The position numbers and the translations under genes were made by a program. From positions 1 to 64,000 of the forward strand of contig ML002225.1 of NCBI GenBank assembly GCA_003614675.1: a stretch of DNA of 64,000 nt, read 5' to 3'. Shown one piece after another: positions 1 through 11,930 of the stretch (positions are counted from its first letter, which is position 1; each line of letters opens with the position of its first letter). Below the pieces are notes generated by a model, which saw nothing but the letters and a program-made list of their open reading frames with translations, was not told the DNA's origin and did no database searches. Source of the DNA: Dimargaris cristalligena (Eukaryota).

Positions 1-112
1 GATATGAGACACTACCGGAGTATACACCTCGCGCAAGTTATTTACTATCCAGTCATATCGGCCATCGGCATCGGCTATGAAGACGTTTGGTTCTTGAACA
101 GTGATTTTCTTC

Positions 113-256
113 ATATGGGAGAAGTTCATCCAAGCTGTATAACGAAAAATCCATTAGATTCGGCCAATATTACTAGTTAAAAATAAATTTCCCATATATT
201 CTCCCATACACATATAATGCAAACCCTTATATAGCTGGGCTGAATTTCACCCATAT
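113..256. mobile_element. 144-bp MITE, copy 1
   Basis: About 30-bp imperfect terminal inverted repeats (ATATGGGAGAAGTTCATCCAAGCTGTATAA ... TTATATAGCTGGGCTGAATTTCACCCATAT). Same-length homologous copies lie at 42504-42647 and, inverted, at 58220-58363. No coding capacity. Confidence 0.85.
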
Positions 257-699
257 TGTTTTAATATTGGAATTGATAGTCCTTCGGACTCGTTGATTGG
301 TTGATGATCAATTAGATATTATTTAAGAAAAGATGTTGTTTGATAAAACCGGAGTCTATTGTGTACGCCACACCAGCGATTCTCTTGACAATGAGATCCA
401 GAAAGCCTTGAGTATAGCCCAACAGGCCCGCTGCATTTATGGAAATGATGAGGTCGAGTTCGAAATCCGGATCCATACTATCAGACCCCAATAGTGGGGT
501 AATATGCCGATTGACCAGATAAGGATGATCCATTACATTTCTTCTCATTCACCCAGCAACTTTTGTAAAATCAATTCCAGTCAACACAGAACCCGATTTA
601 TGGCCAAACATTCACTGTAGTCAACCATAGAGGGCAATATCAGCATCCATATTTCCGTTGAGTGGTCAATACCTGTATTAGAGATGAACAATCTAAATT

Positions 700-1710
700 T
701 TATTTCCAGCCGTGTTGGCCCTTCTAATCCACCCTAATCAGGCTGGTGTAGTAGCCAACTATATTAGGCCTCATAGCACCATATTAGTCTTCCCATGGTC
801 ACACCCAATACCATGGGATCATCCTATATCATCTAACCCCCTCCAACCAGCACCTTCTAGTTTGCACTAATCAACCTAGCACTGATCTGAAGACTCTTCC
901 GGCTACCCAGAGTCTTCCACGTACTAGCAACCATCCAGCCAACCTATTTACTTATATCATAGCCTAGTAGTAGTCTTCCCTTAGGACCTCCCTCTGGAGT
1001 TGTCCCCATGTATATATAACTGGGCCCCATTGGGACCAGTTAGTTTCCTTAGCTTATTCTTACCCCTAGTTTACCCCCAATAAACTCTATATATGCTCAC
1101 CCCCTTATACCTAACTAGTAGGTGTGCCCACTGCACATCCCTTACATATACCTGTAAACTAGCCTTTATTAGTTAGTCCCCGTGCCCTGTACCTGATGCT
1201 AGCACCTGCTTGGCCAAGTCTGAGCCCCACCTACCATTAGAAGCCTATCCTCGGGACTCTTGATGGACTAAGAGTAGTTAATCTAGGTGACATAGTCATA
1301 GAAGGATATAGTAATATAATAGAATTTGAAGACTGCAGAGTAGGAAAATTAACTTATATAAAGAAGGTAATAAAACTACCAACTCCCATGTGAGCTTGGT
1401 AATGGCCAGCAACCTCAGACTCATCCATATGACAACTGCACCCTAATAGCTGACTGATACCAATGCTTATGTGGTTATGTTACCACTGCCCATGATAGTT
1501 CAAAAGGCTATGTTAGTTGTTTGGACTTACTTGTGAGTAGCAGCCACCTCCAGACCAATCCATATGATCACTACCAACCATAGTCCACAAGTTGAGTATC
1601 TGGATTAGTTTAATAATTAGGGTAGGGTAGGTTGGAATGGTAGCTGCTTTTACACTATTCTAGCTGTAGTCGAAGGGGTAGGGGAGTAGTATAGAGTGTA
1701 TTTATGTAAA
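700..1710. repeat. CpG-depleted repeat relic of unknown class (possibly LTR-like)
   Basis: Almost no CpG, like the adjacent Helitron, but lies outside the Helitron 3' end. Contains TATATAA (~1013), AATAAA (~1079), a ...GTGACA end-like motif (~1287-1292) and a short diverged internal repeat (~1408-1440 vs ~1539-1577). Boundaries are approximate. Confidence 0.35.
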
Positions 1711-4700
1711 TAAGTAACAGATCTGGGGAGTACACTCCCCTCTGATCCTTCATTTCAACTTATGGTACAGGTGTGCTCTCTGTAGGAAGTACTGTGATTT
1801 TTTAAGTGTCTTCCATATAGTTATAAAATAAGGCTCAATTTTTAACAGAAAAACAGAATGTTTTCACTTTATTACCACACCCTGTACTCTATATCTCATT
1901 GTAGTGCCTTGCAGTATACCACATTCCTGGTAGTCCTACATCTATTTGGAGTTGCCATATAGAGATCAGAGGGGTTGGCCACTCTGGAAAGGGCTACATA
2001 TTGTTGGCCATAAGAAAAGATGTTTCAATTAAGGAATACTGCTACCTTGGAGAGTGTCTGGCCCTGTGACTTATTAATTGTCATGGCAAAGGTGGCTTGA
2101 ACAAGAAATTGCTGGCGGAGAAACCTGATTGGTACCTCCACACCTGAGTAGGAGATGTTGATCTGGGGAATAATGTGGATATTTCCTGAATCAGTGCCAT
2201 CAGCCTAGGACACCCAAGGTAAACTGGGACATGCTCCTCACAATGACATGGGTGCCATTGCAGAGACCTTGGCTTGGACTTAGATTCTGCATAAGTAGGA
2301 GGGGCATCCCAAGCTTAATATGCAAGGAATGTGCAGGTATTCCAGAGATCTCAATGGTATATCTGGCTACAGTACTACCAGAGTCTTCATCATTGGCAGA
2401 GTCTACAGAACAGTATACAGAGCCTACCCCAGGCATCATGGAGATGGCCAAGTCATTGATGGCCCTGACATCATCATTGTAAGGGGTAAGAATAGAGTTA
2501 GAGCTGATTTCATTGGGATAAAGATATTGACATGCCAGGGATGGGTATACCAAGATAAGGAGGGCTCGGGGATCAGTTGAGGACTTGATCCAGGGCTCAG
2601 GGATAGGAATGTTGATACCCATGTCACCTATAGCCATGTTAACTATTTCAGAATGGGCCATGGGGTTGTCCCCTTGCTCAAAAGGATCCACAGATCCCTC
2701 TCCCAGCCATAGAAGTTGATTAGCAAAGACTCCAAGGGTAGCTACTTCTTAAAGATTCTGGGCATGGCAGAGGATGTGCATGTTCTCAGTGAGCCTGGGA
2801 ATTTGGACATATTGCCAGATTGATAGTGAGTAATGGATAGACGCCTGAACAATCTGGAATCTTGCTCCTCAGTGAATGACTGGTAGAATCTGGTGAAAGT
2901 CACCACCAAATACCATTAACTTTCCACCAAAAGGAATACTGGAGAATTCCGGATCTTGGACACCCATTAAGTCTCGTAGAAAATGATCAATGGACTCAAA
3001 GATATTCCGGTCAGTCATGGGCACCTCATCCCAGATAATGACAGCCACAGCAGAGATAACAGAGGCCCCAAAGCTATTGACACTTATGGGGATCTCAGTA
3101 TTAGTAAAAATATCCAGTGGGATCTTGAAGGTACTTTGGGCAGTAGTACCACCCTCAAGGACAGTAGCCACAATTCCTGATGAAGCCATGGCTAAGGCTA
3201 CATGATTTTTGGATTGATCATAGCTGAGGATAGTATTAAATACCATTGACTTACCAGTACCCCCTGGACCATCAAGAAAAAAGACTTGGGGGCCTGGGAT
3301 TAGCAGAGAGTTGAGGATAGTAGAGTTAATTTGGGCTTGGATTGTCTTAAAGGCCATCCGTTGTCCTTAATTTAATTGTACAAATCTTGACTGATACTTG
3401 CAATCCTCATCCTCCTGGTGGTAGTGGGCTAGGGTTCTTTCCAGATGTGTTAGAGTATGCTCATTTACCCTATAGCAGCACTGGATATCTTGAGGGAGAG
3501 AGGGAATGACTTGTAGGGAGAGGCTGGACATCTTGAGCTCATTACCAATGTCTTGTAGAGCATGGCACTTGGCATCCTCAGTAGTAGCTTGGGTACTAAG
3601 CATAGTATCCAGTTGCAGGGCCCCAGTATTAATTTGATAGTAGTAGTCCTCAGACATGGATCTCTTAAATGCAGTCCACAGGGCACTGGGATCTGATGGA
3701 TTGCAGAAGGCCAGGATGTAGACAAATAAGGACCAAATGGTAGCAGGGTAGGTTACAGATGCACAAGCCTTTTCCAGGCACTGTTCCCACTCAGTGTCAT
3801 CCACCAGTAGACCATAGGCCTTGGCTGATTCTTGGAAGGTAGGGTAGAGGATACCCTCAAATGCCCATAAGTCTTCAAAACACTTTGGTCCTGGAACTTG
3901 GGTAAGAAGAAGCCATAGACAGAATCTTTCTTGATCTCAAGGTGATGAAAAGTACATCCAGCCTATGATAGGCTTACCACATTGCATACAACGTCTCCAG
4001 CACTTTTCTCCAGGAAGGTACTGGTAATACTTGGGGATGGAGGGGTAGAGGAGGCAGGCAGCTTGTTCATCCTCTTGGCAAAGCTTGAAAAAGGCCAGAA
4101 GGGTTGATCTAGACTCTCGGGAAGTAGCAATAATGGCTTGCATTTCCTCAGCTGTTGTACTGGCTTAGAAATGCACCTCATGTTGCTCTAGTAGATGGAC
4201 AGCAAGGCAAACAACAACTGGGGAATGGCTTTGCATAGAGAATCCCAGTGTCCTCCAGATGGCCTCATGCACAGCAATATACCGGGTATTTAAAAACTCA
4301 GAGATTTCATCTATCTCCATCTCTGTCACTTCTCCTTCCACTTGTCTCTGACCTCAGAGAATAGCTTAGGCCCTGTCACTGCCCTTGGAGATATACTTAC
4401 AGATGTACTTGACCGCAGAAACAGTGGCACAGATCTCAATATTGATATGGACATTATACTGTACAGTCAGAAGAGGGTTGTAAGGGACTACCCAGGCATT
4501 ATCAAGGATATGTTGACCATACTGGAATTGCTGTCCTCCACACCTCTGATGGTACTCAGGGTATCCCTCATGGGTAACTGTAGTTTCCACCATATACTGC
4601 TTGGGGAAGCCCTTACTGCATACCCCTTCTACAGTACACTGGGCCCTTGGACTCATTACCCCACGGGGCCCATGGATGAGGCTATGTGTGACAGTTGCAT

Positions 4701-7700
4701 AGAGGGCTGGGTGGATTGAAGGGTCAGGAATCTCAGCCCAGGCAAAGCAATCAGAGTCTGAGGTAGATCTGGGCTTGTTTGGCTCAGCAAGGAAGAGGAT
4801 CAGGTGCATATGAGGAAGGCCCCACTTCTGGAACTCAATTGTATAAGCAAAGGCAGTAATAGTACCAAATATTTCAGATCAGCAGATGTTAGAGAGCATT
4901 TGCTGGACCTTAAGATCAAAGACCTGGCAGACAATATCAGGGTGGTCATTAGCAGACTGGCCATATTGGAGTTCACGGACAATCTCAGGCCATTGTGGGT
5001 TGCAGGTGAAGGTGATGAATAAATCTGGTTTACCATACTCCCAAACAATGGCAATAAGGTCTTGGTACAGCTGGCCCATGTACCGGGCACCACTGGTAAA
5101 GGAGGAGGGAAGGACAATCTGGTGGCCTATACCACATGCAGAAAATATACTGGTAGTATCCACCTGTTGAAGCTGATCCTGAGCACTGGCGTAGATGGCT
5201 GCTTGAAGTTCAGCCTGGTGGAAGCGGATGTAGCTGAGCCTGCTGGCCTCAATCTGGATGTAGGAGTCAACAGCCCATTGATGAAAGAGTTCGAAAATCC
5301 TGGATTGCAATGCCTTCCTTCACCATCATCTGGTAGGCAGTATAGGCTCACAGAGTAAGTTTACATCCTTGGGCACTATTTGTCACTGTACTAACTTGGT
5401 CACCCCTGGTAGAAAGTCGGAGATCTGTTGACCATCCATCATAGCCATAGGGGAAAATCAAGACATAGATGAGGGGGTTATAAGAGGCATGGTATTGACT
5501 AATTAAAGACAGACCATTGGTATTGTCCCTAACTGTAATACACTGATCCAGGATCTGCCCATCTACCACATTTTCTACAATTAATGCCACTACCTCAGGG
5601 ACTGAGGGCTGATCATACCTCTGCCCAGCACCTCTATTAGTAACAATATTAATACAGAGACTTCCATGGGGAACATCTTAGTATTGGGTAGCAGTTATTT
5701 GATATTGCTGCACAAATGGGTTGACCTCATGGAGCATAGTATTGACTTGGGAAATTAAGTTAATATCAAGTCCATCCACAATACTTGCACACTATCAGTT
5801 CTGCTCCTCCAGATCATAAAAGTAGATCTGCCCAAACTGGGCTCCATTGGCATCACCATTATGTTGCAGGGGAGGGGCTTGATGGTAGATACCACCACTG
5901 ATCCGGAAAGTTGATACTCCATTAGATCCATTGGCCAATATGGGATTGAAATCAGCAATAAAGGCACCAAAGGCAAAGATCGAGATGTAGGCACAAATGT
6001 TAGTACGGAAATGGCTAGACTGCCTATGAGTACCTGAGAGGAGGTCCTGGAGGAGAGGAGGGAGAGCCTGCTGTCTTGGAAGGCAAATAGCTCCAGAGTT
6101 ACAGCAAATTTGGAAGGTGCTACAGGTGCCAGATTCTTGAAGCCTTTTACCTGGGAACATGTGGGTGGCACAGAAGGAGCATATATGATTCATTGGCCCT
6201 AATTCATGCTGGAGTAAGAGAATGGGGCCAGGGACGTCAGCAGATCCTGGGAGGTGGTGGACAATATCCTCAGTAAAATTAGATAGACATGCTTATAGAC
6301 AGACAGTGCCCTCAGAAGGTCCCCCTATTGGCTCTTGAACTGAACTGGTGGCCCTTAATCCTTGGTAATTTGCACACAGGTGGCTTGTCATGCGTTGGTG
6401 GTCTGTACCCCCACAACTTCCACAATGCTGTTGAAAATTAGGACAGAGTATACTGTAATGCACTGGTGATCAGTGCCTCCACAGCTTTTGCAGTGTACCA
6501 CAAAATGAGGGCATAGCTGACTGGTAATGCAGCTATGATTGGTACGACCACAATGGTTGCATCCACAGGCTTGTTGGTTGGTTGTCTCAGTGGGATCCAT
6601 CTATAATTAAATTATATAAATATATATATATGTGTGTGTAGGAAGGATTAGTAGGTGTATTAGAAATTAATATCCTTATGTTATAATATTCAAACTATGC
6701 CTTAATCTTATGATTTGGGTACTATATTGAAGTTAAAAAAAGGGGTGGTGGTGTGAGAGGGTGAAGGTGTATATTAAATATCTAAACATAATGCATAATG
6801 TATATGGGGTGGGTGTATATATATGTGATGTGGATACACGTGAATCCCTCACCACACTGTATTGAAAACTTCCATTTTTAAAAAATACTTAAAAGGAAAT
6901 TTAGATTGGAGTTTTGTATGCGGACACAGATAATGTTAGTTATCTCTTTGTGTAGCTGAATTGAAAAGAGTACAGTAAATATTTGAATCTATAAATTCTC
7001 ACTTAACTCCAGATATATCATAACAATATCTAAAGAGAGTGCATATATATTCTAAAAGGTAAATATCTTAGCCAAAGTATTTGAAAAGGGTAGAAGTACA
7101 AAAACCTCAAAAAGTGTAAGGATATTTTTGCAATTGCATGTATTTTTTGGTAGCTGTATGTAATTTTTATAATGTTATTACTGTTAACCTAAATGTTGTT
7201 GTGTTACTGTTTCTTCTGTGAAAATGTGTGTTTGGGTCTGTATATGTATATTGTATTCATAAAAAAGCCCAATTTGGTATTAAGATGGCTTATATCACAG
7301 AAATAGTATGCTGTACAGGGAAGAGGGCAAGATAGACAGGGGTAAAGTGGGGGTGGGGGGGATACTTATAGATGCCAGAGAGTGGAATGCTTGGATGGGT
7401 AAAAGAGGATGCTACATCTGGGAGAGTAAGGTGCCCTATTCCTGTAAACTTTGTTGAAGCATCTGTGTCAGGATGATGGCATTTCAAGTCTGTTTATTAG
7501 TACATTTATACTCTCAAGGTCCTTATCACCCACCTCCTCCCTTTCCCCCTCTACTGCCTTTAATATATATCTTTTGTTTCAGCTGTGTGTATGTGCCTAT
7601 GGGGATAGAGTATATAATGTATAAAGTATATGTATGGGTGTGGATATAGCACCTGTTAATGAGTGATTCAGCAAATGGGTAACTAAAGAGGATAACAGTT

Positions 7701-8202
7701 TATTAGAATATGGATAATAATGGATTATATAATAGTGACAGTGAAGTAATAGGCTGTAAGCAAATATGGGGAATAGTCATCTAAGTTTTGCCAGAATACT
7801 AATTGACCCTTCCTTTATATTAAATGGCCTAATGGCCAAGTAGAGAAGAGTGCAATATCAATAGTGGCCTGGAAGTATGTGTATAACAGTAGGTTATGTG
7901 TAAATAAGACTGAGTTGGTTCTAGCTGCATAGCTAAGTTCTCATCCTCCGGGGTGGTTCTACCCTGGGTATATAGGTGCTAGTCTGTTTAGTTGGTACTG
8001 TAGCCAGTTTAGTATTAACCCTCCTTTAATATATAGATAGATATACAGATAATAATAGTAATAGTAATTGGGTGGCAGTTCCAATCAATTAAGCACTAAG
8101 GAGAGTTTGGGATCAGGTGACCGGAAATGCTGATACTAAGGAGTTACACCTAGGAGTTAGCCCCATACATTTTTACGAAAAATAGCAGCTTTATAATATA
8201 GA
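1711..8202 (-). mobile_element. Full-length degenerate Helitron (rolling-circle transposon)
   Basis: Minus-strand 5' end TCTATATTATAAAG at 8202. Subterminal hairpin GGGGAGT-AC-ACTCCCC at 1725-1740, about 14 nt from the 3' end (CTTA|T at 1711). Internal Rep-helicase remnants. The whole array is inserted between A and T. Confidence 0.88.
1896..6600 (-). pseudogene. Helitron RepHel (HUH Rep endonuclease + PIF1-family helicase), disrupted by stops and frameshifts
   Basis: Fragments in order: CxxCGxxxH knuckles, MNHICSFC...CCNSG, GKPDLFITFTCNPQW (Rep motif 1), EFQKWGLPHMH (HUH), YICKYISKG (catalytic Tyr), FFLDGPGGTGKS (Walker A), IIWDEVPM, FGGDFHQILPV, GLCNGT, FAMTINKSQGQTL, TRNVVY. Many Arg codons are converted to Trp/Gln/His/Cys/stop. 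Confidence 0.93.
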
Positions 8203-8959
8203 TGAGCAACAGATCTGGGGAGTACACTCCCCTCTGATCCTCCATTTCAACTTATGGTATAGGTGTGCTCTCTGTAGGAAGTGCTGTGATTTTTAAAGTA
8301 TCTTCCATATAGTTATAAAATAAGGCTCAATTTTTAGCAGAAAAATAGAATATTTTCACTTTATTACCACACCCTATACTCTACATCACCTTACTGTAGT
8401 GCCTTACCATATACCACATTCCAGGTAGTCCTACTTCTATTTGGAGTTGCCACATAGAGATTGGAGGGGTTGGCCACTCTGGAAAGGGCCACATATTATT
8501 GGCCATAAGAAAATATATCTTGATTAAGGAATACTGCTACCTTGGAGAATGTCTAGCCCTGTGACCTATTAATTATTATAGTAAAGGCAGCTTAAACATA
8601 AAATTGCTAGTAGCCTGGAAGTATGGATACAATAGTAGGCTATGTGTAAATGATACTGAGTTGGTTCTAGCTGCATAGCCAGGTTCTCATCCTCCGGGGT
8701 GGTTCTACCCTGGATATATAGGTACTGGTCTATATATTTAGTTAGTGCTGGGTACTGTAGTCAGTTTAGTATTAACCCTCCTTTAGTATATAGATAGATA
8801 TACAGGTATTAATAGTAATAGTAATTGGGCGGCAGTTCCAATCAAATAGGCACTGAGGAGAGTTTGGGATCAGGTGACCGGAAATGCTAATTCTGGGGAG
8901 TTACACTTAGGAGTTAGCCCCATACATTTTTACGAAAAATAGCAGCTTTATAATATAGA
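8203..8959 (-). mobile_element. Non-autonomous mini-Helitron (internal-deletion derivative), head-to-tail with the full element
   Basis: 8609-8959 duplicates the element's 5' ~340 bp (7863-8202). 8203-8608 duplicates its 3' ~400 bp (1711-2114), including the hairpin at 8217-8232. Confidence 0.88.
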
Positions 8960-9255
8960 TAATATATATATATGCTGCGGACATCTTAAAGAGCCAGTAC
9001 ATAAACATTGGGACAACAGGTCAGTGAATAAACCCTAATATCCCTTCCAGTAATACAGTTTTGCTATGTTTTTTTGTTTTGGTTGAAAGCCATTAGCCCT
9101 TTTCAAATTCAGCACTACTTACTAACTACCAGACTCAACCTACTCACTACCATCAGCCCATTTAACCTTTCTTTTTCCACCTTGTACCCCGTAGGCATTT
9201 GCTCTCATTCGATTCCCAAATAGCCCAAAGAGCTCGTCTTTAACAAATCCCGCCC

Positions 9256-11345
9256 ATGCACGTTCATCGCTGCTTACTCATCCGAGACATTCACTATGCC
9301 CAAGCCTTAGACCATTCTTCTTCGAAAGGCCCGTCAAAATCCGACTCGGGTGTAGCCTCCACCGTTTCGCCAGGACCAACCTACCGGTTAACGGTCCGGC
9401 CCCGACAGCCCGACCTGGTACACTCTGCCCGTCACATCGATTCAAATAAGTACTTGGATTTTTCCCGGGTCAGGTATGTCAGTCCTATTATAATCTGCTA
9501 GGCCGTACACGTATAGGGACGCGGGATACACTGCACCAACCCACGTCTTGATATTTGTCGTTTTAGCCGAAGGTATAATACTATGGTGACTAATAGCTCA
9601 CACTTGATCATTGTATCGCTACGCACATAACCTCCTCCCCCGTCCCACTCCTCGCGCCGATAGAGTATCCGGAATACTGGTCGAACGTATTGAGGACACG
9701 GGTGATGCGATCCAGCCCTCCGAGCCGGTCTACGGTCGATATACCTACTATTTAGGTAAATGCCTCTGCCAAGCTATGATCCATTGGCAGCCAGGCAGTT
9801 GTTTCCTCTACTAACCGATTCCTCAACAAGAACTTCCCAAATCATTGACTAATCACCCTCGAATTACGGATGTTACCATTAAGTATGCTAACATCTTGCT
9901 TGCCATTTTACAAACTTTACACGCCAATAGACGACGGTACAGCCATCATCGGTTTTCGATTCCGGGTTCCCGAAGACAATGTACAACGGTACTACTTTGC
10001 CCGACTAGAAGCTTCGTTGAATGTTAGTATAGGAAGCTCAGTTGAGGTTCTAGGCTCCGTCGTCCCGACTTCCCTTGCCATGCCTATTTCAGTAGGTCCC
10101 GCTACTAACCATGCGTCCGTCAATCGTATTATAAGTTGCACAGGGTAGGTCCAGTATTCCACTAATGTAGGATTCGCCCGATTCTTACCCGACCCCTTAC
10201 GAAGGATAGCCAAAGCATGGCCTGTACAAGCCCTTCCTTCTAAACTTGCCTATAAGCAATCTGACACCATTTCTTGTCTGGCACCAATCTAATGCCCAAA
10301 TTATGGCTGTGATGTTCGGTTTATTCCTCTGGTTATCCCTTTTTAAGATGCGATATCAAATCCGACGTCATGTGCGATGTTCTACCCGCGCTCGAATCCA
10401 TCAAACTATACCGAGATCACTATTTCCCTGGGGTGTTCAATCAGTCGCCCGAGGCCAAGCCGCCACTGACCGCTAAGGTCCCACCAGCAACTCCGACCCG
10501 CCGTTTTGGTCAGCCCCCGGCTACGGATCCCCGTAATGGACACTGGGTACCAGATCAACGGGTGGCACCTTACCAGACTTCCTCGCCCCGGGCGGATCGC
10601 CGCTTCGGCTTACCCGGATCCCAACTGCCTGCAAAGCCACCACCACCGCCAGCTCTCTTGGGCCCTTCAACCATATCTGGTCACCTTAATACTACCAATG
10701 GAGGAGTAAAGGGCTACCCCGGCCCAGCCGCTTCTGCCTGGTCCTCATCACTTTTGGCATCAACACAGCCCCCTCCCCCACTGTCCACCGCCTCCACCAC
10801 TGTCACTGTCGCTACCGTCCCCGGTCATCCCACAGCGGGTGACCAGGCTATTGCTGATTTTATGAATGACGACGATGATGACGAGGGCTTGGCTGACTTA
10901 CTATTCGAAGACTGGAACGCAACCCCTGGATTCAATATTCCCGCGGGTTTTACCCAGCCAACTGAAGGGGCAGCCCGTCATCCGGTCCCGCCTTCCGAAA
11001 TCGAGAATTCTATCCGGCAATCAGGGGCCATTGGGATATCTCTCGAAACCCTCCAATCAAAATTTAATTTGAGCCTTGGTGATCTGCACAATATTTTAAA
11101 TGAGGTAAGCCAGCCCTGACATGATTTCGATTACTCTTACCCCCCCTCCTGTCCCTGCCATTCGCTATGACACATTGAAGCCAGACCTCCCATAGCATCA
11201 TATTATATATCCATGTTATCCTCTAACCTAGGCAGCCTCTATTCTATTCATGTTATCTATATTTACCAACTAAATGAACTCGACCTTAAAGCTACTGGAA
11301 ATGGGCGCAATTTACAAAACCGCCGAAAATTACCATTCTTTGTAA
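9256..11345 (+). CDS. STN1/RPA2(RPA32)-like OB-fold ssDNA-binding protein with C-terminal winged helix, ~444 aa
   Basis: Five in-frame GT-AG exons: 9256-9473, 9664-9755, 9931-10144, 10348-11104, 11292-11345. Motifs LLIRDI, VRVSGILV, YYLDDGTAII, IGSSVEVLG, LESIKLYRDHYF, then a Pro-rich linker and GISLETLQSKFNLSLGDLHNILNELLEMGAIYKT. Confidence 0.72.
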
Positions 11346-11930
11346 GACTATTATTCCGGATTTCCATTGGTGCATGTTTGTTATAGCTGACGGACCATTT
11401 CCTTGGAACCGTATCCTAGATGTCTTCCGTTGTTTACGAGCCCGATACCATCAATTAACCAAGACAGGCAAAGCGAACCATGCAAGATATTTGCGAATGG
11501 CCAAATATAGCGGATAGCAAATGAGTAGGTAATTCGGTATGCTAAACTGCACCCAAAATTCAATCATATCACTGAAATTCGGGTGCAGCCCCCACTAATT
11601 AAATACAGATCCCTCTAATTGTATTTCGCCCTATATTATTAAGAGAGAGCTCATGAATTTCAAAAAAAAATGTTTAAAATAGCAATTAATTTATTTTATG
11701 TACGTCTCAACTTTGGGAAATGATTTTAGGTTATGCATTTCAAAACGTGGCTTAAGAAAACAATATAATGAGACACGTACAAAAGTAATATAGCAAACTA
11801 TGTTTCTGTTGTTGTTTTTTGCAATACCAATGCGCCGGGTGAAGATCTTTGATCATGCACGATTGTACCGTTATAGTCACGATCGATAGCAGTATCGGAG
11901 TGCACGGTCATTAACCCATTGGTCCCGCCG

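Noticed and set aside
1-548. Short open frames at the window start (e.g. plus-strand MLFDKTGVYC..., minus-strand 312-548)
   Set aside because: Could be the tail of an upstream gene, but I found no recognisable motif or provable splice model.
9256-11345. OB-fold gene as Helitron-captured RPA cargo
   Set aside because: It lies outside the 5' terminus (8959), on the opposite strand, with intact introns and normal CpG content, so it is a host gene.
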